Assembly: GCA_036384555.1 (NCBI GenBank)
Contig: DASVMC010000247.1
Location: 1 to 20,982, forward strand
Reading direction: 5' to 3'
Source of the DNA: Niabella sp.
Lineage (GTDB): Bacteria; Bacteroidota; Bacteroidia; Chitinophagales; Chitinophagaceae
Length of the DNA: 20,982 nt
Part shown: positions 15,596-20,982 of the stretch, piece by piece
How positions within the stretch are numbered: position 1 is the stretch's first letter
Layout: the number at the start of each line of letters is the position of its first letter
The notes under the pieces: generated by a model
What the model was told of the DNA's origin: nothing
Databases searched by the model: none
What the model saw: the letters and a program-made list of their open reading frames with translations, nothing else
Position numbers and translations under genes: made by a program

Positions 15596-16870
15596 CTACT
15601 GCAACGCCTGATAAACCAGGGCTTTGAATTTATCTCCCAATTCCCCGTGGCTGAATGGCCATTGCTGTACAAATAATAAAGCTACTATATGTTCCTGCGG
15701 GTCGCCCCAATAGCTGGTTCCGAAAAAGCCGCCCCAGGCAAAACTGCCGGCAGACTGTCCCAGCTTTAAAAATCCTTTATCCGTGGTTATTTCAAAACCC
15801 AGTCCGAATTTGTTAGCGCCAAAAGGCAGCTCCCCGATCTGGTTCTGCGTCATCATTTCCACCGTATGCCTTGCCAGCAGGCGTTTGCCATTATAGATTC
15901 CCTTATTCACCATCATTTGCAGAAAGGCCGCATAATCTGCAGTGGTGGAAACCAGCCCCGCACCGCCGGAGAAATAGCCGTTGTTATTTACGGGGTAATC
16001 AATAGAAATACCCCTGAATGTCGTATCTGACCAGGGAACAGGTGCTTTTGTTTTTTTATCTTCTGTATAAACGCTTACCAGGCGGGACCGTTTGGAATCC
16101 GGCAAGTGAAAATAGGTATCTTTCATATCCAGAGGTTCAAAGATCCGTTTACGAAAAAAATCATCTAAACTCATACCGGAAGTTACTTCTACAAGGCGGC
16201 CCAAAACATCCACACTTAAGCTATACGTGAATCCTTCCCCCGGCTGACGCACCAGTGGTAATGTACCCAGTTTATCAATTGCATCAGCCAGTTGCTGGGG
16301 ATGTGGTAAAAACCCCGCCGGTATACCGGCCTTGGCATAGATCGCTTTCATTTTTGGCGAACCGATCTGTGCATAATCCAATCCTGAGGTATGGGTAAGC
16401 AGATCGCGGATCGTGATTTCCCGTTTTGCGGGTACAGTGGTATAACTGCTGTCCTTTTCATTAAACTGATCCAGCACTCCGGGATGCGCAAAAGAAGGGA
16501 TGTATTTTGAGATAGGGTCGTCCAGCAGGAATTTGCCTTCCTCAAACAGCATCATTACTGCCACGCTGGTAACGGCCTTTGTCTGGGAGGCTATGCGAAA
16601 AATGGCATCTGTGCCTAAAGCCCGGCCGGGTTGTGCATAGCCCGTTCCAAACGCCTTATTATAAACAATAACGCCATCATGTGCAATAAAGGCAGCAGCA
16701 CCTTTGATCCAGTTCTGCTGAATATATTCCTTAATGACCGCATCAATGCGCTGCAGGCGGTCTTCAGAAAATCCGTTTGATGCCGCAGCCCCCGGCATCA
16801 GGACTTTAGATTGTGCAATTATAGTCAGTTGCAGCACCATTCCGGCACTTAGCAAGCCCCATTTTTTCAT
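15596..16870 (-). CDS. Beta-lactamase-fold serine hydrolase (class C / EstB / PBP4*-like), exported
   Basis: Signal peptide MKKWGLLSAGMVLQLTIIAQS. SxxK nucleophile motif in FRIASQTKAVTS. 424 aa is typical of serine hydrolase domain-containing proteins. Confidence 0.8.
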   Translation of the reverse strand: MKKWGLLSAGMVLQLTIIAQSKVLMPGAAASNGFSEDRLQRIDAVIKEYIQQNWIKGAAAFIAHDGVIVYNKAFGTGYAQPGRALGTDAIFRIASQTKAVTSVAVMMLFEEGKFLLDDPISKYIPSFAHPGVLDQFNEKDSSYTTVPAKREITIRDLLTHTSGLDYAQIGSPKMKAIYAKAGIPAGFLPHPQQLADAIDKLGTLPLVRQPGEGFTYSLSVDVLGRLVEVTSGMSLDDFFRKRIFEPLDMKDTYFHLPDSKRSRLVSVYTEDKKTKAPVPWSDTTFRGISIDYPVNNNGYFSGGAGLVSTTADYAAFLQMMVNKGIYNGKRLLARHTVEMMTQNQIGELPFGANKFGLGFEITTDKGFLKLGQSAGSFAWGGFFGTSYWGDPQEHIVALLFVQQWPFSHGELGDKFKALVYQALQ

Positions 16871-16978
16871 TTCAGCAATTTAGCTCCTAAACTACAAATA
16901 AATTGCCAGTATTGTGCCGGCAAAATACAGCAGCCCGAAGCTGCGGCAGTACGAATGGAAGCCCCGGACAACTTTTCA

Positions 16979-18034
16979 CTACTTCTTTAAGGAAGCCATA
17001 TCAATGACAAACCGGTACTTTACATCTCCTTTTAACAGGCGTTCATATGCCTCATTGATCTGCTCTATGCTGATGAGCTCTATATCGGATGTAATATTGT
17101 GTTCACCGCAGAAGTCCAGCATTTCCTGTGTTTCCGCAATCCCTCCGATGGTAGAACCGGAGAAGCTCTTTCTGCCCGGTATTAAGCTGAAGGCCTGAAC
17201 CGGAAGCGGCTGCTCCGGTGCCCCTACCAGAGCCAGTGTACCGTCTACTCTGAGTAAGGCAAGGTAGGCATTCACATCATGCTCCGCAGAAACACAATCC
17301 AGGATAAAATGCAGTGATCCGTTGTACGCCTTCATCTGTTCCGGATCTTTGGACAGGACCACTTCATCTGCGCCTAAACGCCGGGCATCTTCAAATTTTG
17401 ATTCAGAAGTGGTGAATACCACTACGTGCGCCCCAAGCGCCTTTGCCAGCTTTATGCCCATATGACCCAGACCACCAATACCTACTATACCTACTTTTTT
17501 CCCTGGTCCTGCCTGCCAGTGTCTTAACGGAGACCAGGTGGTGATGCCCGCACAAAGCAATGGAGCAGTAGCCTCCAGGGGAAGATTTTCCGGAACATGC
17601 AGAACGAAGTTTTCGTCGGCCACGATGCGTTCAGAATAGCCGCCGTAAGTTTGGCCACCCAGAAATTTATCCGGATCATTATACGTTAAGGTGTTCCCGT
17701 TCTCGCAGTATTGCTCTAAACCTTCCCGGCAATGCGCACATTCCCGGCAGGAGTCTACCATACAGCCGATAGCTGCCAGATCACCTGCTTTAAACTTCTT
17801 CACGTGATCGCCAACTGCTACTATCCTGCCTACGATTTCATGACCCGGAACAATGGGATAAACAGTATGATGCCATTCGTTTTTTACCATGTGCAGATCA
17901 GAATGACACACGCCACAATACAAAATTTCAATCTCTACATCGTGCGGGGTCGTCTTTCTGCGCCGGATGTTTAATGCGGCCAGTGGGTCTGTTGCTGACT
18001 GGGCTCCGTATGCCCTTGCTGAATATGTTTCCAT
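16979..18034 (-). CDS. Zinc-dependent NAD(P) alcohol dehydrogenase (cinnamyl-alcohol dehydrogenase / YahK-like)
   Basis: GVCHSDLH and GHEIVGRI catalytic-zinc motifs, the structural-zinc Cys cluster CRECAHCREGLEQYC, and the Rossmann motif GIVGIGGLGHMG. Confidence 0.88.
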   Translation of the reverse strand: METYSARAYGAQSATDPLAALNIRRRKTTPHDVEIEILYCGVCHSDLHMVKNEWHHTVYPIVPGHEIVGRIVAVGDHVKKFKAGDLAAIGCMVDSCRECAHCREGLEQYCENGNTLTYNDPDKFLGGQTYGGYSERIVADENFVLHVPENLPLEATAPLLCAGITTWSPLRHWQAGPGKKVGIVGIGGLGHMGIKLAKALGAHVVVFTTSESKFEDARRLGADEVVLSKDPEQMKAYNGSLHFILDCVSAEHDVNAYLALLRVDGTLALVGAPEQPLPVQAFSLIPGRKSFSGSTIGGIAETQEMLDFCGEHNITSDIELISIEQINEAYERLLKGDVKYRFVIDMASLKK

Positions 18035-18226
18035 CAGATGATCATTTTATGTTTATTAGCTACCTGTTCAGAATAACGCTTCTTCTCAGAAAATGTTTAC
18101 CGCTGTTACTCTGAAAATATACTGTTTCAGCGAGCTGCTCCTTCAGCGAATTTATTCCGCCCTAAAAATACGTTTTTTGGGATTGCCTTATTGACAATAG
18201 CCGGGTATCCTGCTGATGCCTGTGCC

Positions 18227-19645
18227 TTACCACACCAGTGTGGCCACGCAACCGGCAGGAAGGTTTATAGCAGCGCCGGACCTGCCCTCCTGCAGTTTAA
18301 CGGCAGCGGGGACTGCGTTTTCATTCAGCACCAGCAGGATCGTTTTACCGGCCGGGGTTATAAATGCTGCATTAGGCAGTCCGTTCACCTGCGTACTTTC
18401 TATTCTTTTAGACCCAGGGGGAATAAATTTTGAAGCATGGGCAATAATATAGTAGGAAACATTGCGTGTAAACGAGGATCCATCAATAGTAATTGCTCCT
18501 TTACATTCCGTACAGCCGCCGGGTGTATGCGGCTTAAAGGAAGGATCATTTGCCAGGTTCCACTCCAATGCTATTTTGCTCCAGTTGCGTAAAGTGCCAA
18601 TGATCACATTTTTTACATGCCATAACAGGGTCGTATTAAAAGGTTCCCGGCTACCGGTCCATTGTTCTGTAAAGTACAGCTGCTTATCCGGGTACCGCTC
18701 ATGAAGCTGCCCCATGGCGCTTACATCCCCGGCATATAAATGAAAAGCAGCCCCCACTACATACCTGGCAGCACCCGGATCCTGGTAAATGGTATCCGCA
18801 TACAACGGCTTATCCAGGTTATGATCATACACCACAATTTTTGTCGCGATATTGTTTTTTGAAAAAGCCGGTCCGAGATCGTTTTTTATAAAATCCCGCT
18901 GCATTGCAGCTGTCATATAAAGGCTCGGATTATTGCCGGGGTGATATGGCTCGTTCTGCGGGGTAATTGCAGTAACCCGAATCCCTTCTGCCTGCATTTC
19001 CCGGATGTATTTTACAAAATAAGTGGCATAAGATCCATAATATTCCGGTTTCAGTGATCCACCTTTGGTGCTGTTATTATCTTTCATCCAGGCAGGTGCA
19101 CTCCAGGGTGCTGCTATGATCTTTATAGCTGGATTAATGGCCAGAATATCTTTTAAAACCGGGATGAGATTGGCCTTGTCCGGCTCCAGGCTGAATTTCG
19201 ACTGATCAATATCTGTTTCTCCTGCGGGAAGATCATTATATGAAAAAGTAGCGGAATCCAGGTCTGAAGACCCGATGCTCAACCGCAAATAGCTGATGCC
19301 TATTGCACCGGCGCTTTTGCCAAATAATTCTTCAAGCAATGCCCGTTTTTTTCCCGGAGGCAGCTGGTTGATCAGGACCGCACTGCCACCGGTAAGCGTA
19401 TACCCAAATCCGTCTATGGTCTGATAGGTTCTGGACGCGTCTATTGTGATAACCGCATTCTTGCCGGTTGCAACAGTATTCAGATCTGTTTTCTGCAACA
19501 AAGCGGACTGATCCGCTTTTGTGATCCAGGCTTCCGGTCGGAAACTGATGTTCTTATTCTTTTTTCCAGAATATCCTGTTTGCGACAACCCACTGATGGA
19601 TCCGATCAGCAATAATGCCGTCATGCTGTGTTTAAAAAAAGTCAT
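18227..19645 (-). CDS. Glycoside hydrolase family 30 (glucosylceramidase / beta-1,6-glucanase-like), exported
   Basis: Signal peptide; acid/base region ITPQNEPYHPG and nucleophile region LYFTEQWTG, both typical of GH30. The ATG at 19645..19643 shares one base with the upstream SusD stop (TAATG). Confidence 0.8.
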   Translation of the reverse strand: MTFFKHSMTALLLIGSISGLSQTGYSGKKNKNISFRPEAWITKADQSALLQKTDLNTVATGKNAVITIDASRTYQTIDGFGYTLTGGSAVLINQLPPGKKRALLEELFGKSAGAIGISYLRLSIGSSDLDSATFSYNDLPAGETDIDQSKFSLEPDKANLIPVLKDILAINPAIKIIAAPWSAPAWMKDNNSTKGGSLKPEYYGSYATYFVKYIREMQAEGIRVTAITPQNEPYHPGNNPSLYMTAAMQRDFIKNDLGPAFSKNNIATKIVVYDHNLDKPLYADTIYQDPGAARYVVGAAFHLYAGDVSAMGQLHERYPDKQLYFTEQWTGSREPFNTTLLWHVKNVIIGTLRNWSKIALEWNLANDPSFKPHTPGGCTECKGAITIDGSSFTRNVSYYIIAHASKFIPPGSKRIESTQVNGLPNAAFITPAGKTILLVLNENAVPAAVKLQEGRSGAAINLPAGCVATLVW

Positions 19646-20982
19646 TAATATCCGCTATTTTGTTTCAAATTAGGGTTTGCATCCATTTCCTGCTGTGGAA
19701 TGGGAAGGATCCAGCGGTCTTTGGTACATTTTGAATAGTCCATTTTTACCGGTTTCCCTGGTGCATTATTCACACAGCTGTATGTATATTCATTTAATGC
19801 CAGCATAACATCAGTAGCCTGGCCAGAACGAACAAGATCGTCCCACCGTTGCCCTTCAAATGCCAGCTCCAGCCTCCGTTCATTTAAAATCGCGGTCCGC
19901 AGGTTTGCCTGGCCGGATACTGCGGATGGTTTTAATTTTACTCTTTGGCGGATGGTATTTAAATCAGCCAGCGCAGCACCAGAGTTGCCCAGCTCATTTT
20001 CAGCCTCAGCACGAAGCAATATAAGGTCTGCCAGGCGAAGCAGATAATAATGATCCCCGCTGGCCCAGCCATTCGGATGCTTTTGCTTATAGTTGAACGG
20101 TATTTTCACTCCGGGATCGCCGCAGGGGTTCCAGTTTTCGTCAGGCCACGCTATCGGGTCGCCATTTGCATCTTTATTCCAAAAAACGATACTTGCATTT
20201 TCCCGGATCGCATCTCCTGCAGCCACATACGCATTTACCAAGTCTTTGGACGGCACACAATATTTCTGCCAGCCATCTTCCGGCGCCAGATACATTTCAA
20301 TTCCCCAGCTTGCAGATGTGGCACTGCCTGCTACAAAGGGTATTTCCAGTATCGATTCGCTGTTCAGGTAATGTAACCCGTCAAATAAATTACTGTAATC
20401 GCCCAGTAAACTATACCCGGCCGGACTGTTCATTACGGCGTTGCAATAAGTAAGCACTTTATTATAATCCCTGTCTGTACGCTGCGCCCATATCTTGGCC
20501 ATCATTGCATTGGCGGCTCCTTTTGTTGCACGTACTTTATTTACCGATGCTTCTGCTCCATAGGTATCCGGTAAATTTTCCAGCGCCACGCTCAAGTCTG
20601 TCACAATCTGGTCGTACACCTCTGTTTCTGTGGCCTTCGCTTTTCTTGTAACCGAAGGATCCGCCGTATTTGATTCCAGTTCAAGCGGAACCCCTCCATA
20701 CAGTTTTACAAGATGCGCATAAAAGAATGCGCGGAGAAATGAGGCTTCGCCAACGATCTGCGCCCTGCGTTCCTCCGTAAGAGCCGGATCTTCCACCTGT
20801 TTTATTTTCTCAAGTAAAATATTGCATCTTGCGATGCCGGTATATAACCCGCTCCAGTTGACAAAATTATGTGTATTATTGGGCGACAGGTTAAAGCGGT
20901 CGTAATCATAGAAGGTTTCCTCATTGTTACCGCCCGGGTACGCATTGTCTGCCCGCTCATCGCCCAGCATTACATATTCCCA
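19645..20982 (-). CDS. SusD/RagB-family nutrient-binding outer-membrane lipoprotein; C-terminal ~445 codons, N-terminus outside the window
   Basis: The frame stays open upstream of the listed Met (WEYV-MLGDERADN...), so the gene continues off the window. SusD-like features include LRAFFYAHLVKLYGGVPL, ILNERRLELAFEGQRWDDLVR and the C-terminus NPNLKQNSGY. Confidence 0.85.
   Translation of the reverse strand, partial: WEYVMLGDERADNAYPGGNNEETFYDYDRFNLSPNNTHNFVNWSGLYTGIARCNILLEKIKQVEDPALTEERRAQIVGEASFLRAFFYAHLVKLYGGVPLELESNTADPSVTRKAKATETEVYDQIVTDLSVALENLPDTYGAEASVNKVRATKGAANAMMAKIWAQRTDRDYNKVLTYCNAVMNSPAGYSLLGDYSNLFDGLHYLNSESILEIPFVAGSATSASWGIEMYLAPEDGWQKYCVPSKDLVNAYVAAGDAIRENASIVFWNKDANGDPIAWPDENWNPCGDPGVKIPFNYKQKHPNGWASGDHYYLLRLADLILLRAEAENELGNSGAALADLNTIRQRVKLKPSAVSGQANLRTAILNERRLELAFEGQRWDDLVRSGQATDVMLALNEYTYSCVNNAPGKPVKMDYSKCTKDRWILPIPQQEMDANPNLKQNSGY

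Noticed and set aside
18035-18226. Short repeats upstream of the ADH gene: CTGAAA-N8-TTTCAG dyad and TTCAGCG-N9-TTCAGCG direct repeat
   Set aside because: The arms are only 6-7 nt, such matches are common by chance in AT-rich spacers, and no regulator gene is adjacent. This is not strong enough to call an operator.
1-20982. Scan for CRISPR arrays, tandem repeats, tRNA/rRNA/tmRNA/RNase P/SRP signatures, IS elements, integrases and known defence genes
   Set aside because: I found no regularly spaced direct repeats, no conserved RNA-gene signatures and no transposase, integrase or phage-like ORFs by eye on either strand. Apart from the 433-bp radA/peptidase spacer reported above, every intergenic gap is under 270 bp. 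Absence by eye is not proof, so an Infernal/tRNAscan/ISfinder run would be needed to confirm it.

Overview
Chromosomal segment that looks like Bacteroidota, probably Chitinophagaceae/Sphingobacteriia-like. That placement is an inference from the SusD-type gene, the BatD-type gene, TAnnTTTG-like promoter boxes and lipoprotein or signal-peptide N-termini. The window is densely coding, with 19 protein genes, 16 of them on the minus strand. From left to right: a partial SAM-dependent methyltransferase, a Crp/Fnr regulator, an exported Amidohydro_3 hydrolase, an exported glutathione peroxidase, ComF, RadA, an AT-rich 433-bp spacer, a YugP-type zinc metallopeptidase, a solitary BatD-like protein and an SDR. 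These are followed by a cysteine-less ketosynthase/chain-length-factor-like protein, a secreted 190-aa unknown, a Tat-exported flavin amine oxidase, a calcineurin-type metallophosphoesterase and a small membrane protein. The right end is a beta-glucan PUL-like run: partial SusD, GH30, a Zn-ADH, a beta-lactamase-fold serine hydrolase and a GDPD-GH16 fusion. I saw no rRNA, tRNA, CRISPR array, transposase, integrase, phage genes or recognisable defence genes, so this reads mostly as ordinary core or accessory metabolism rather than a mobile island. The observations most worth a second look are the GDPD-GH16 fusion, the orphan ketosynthase-like gene with its neighbours, and an intrinsic terminator with no annotated gene (plus a 32-codon ORF) in the radA/peptidase spacer. 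The metallophosphoesterase plus Tat amine oxidase pair is a lesser candidate. All family assignments rest on motif recognition by eye; no database search was possible.
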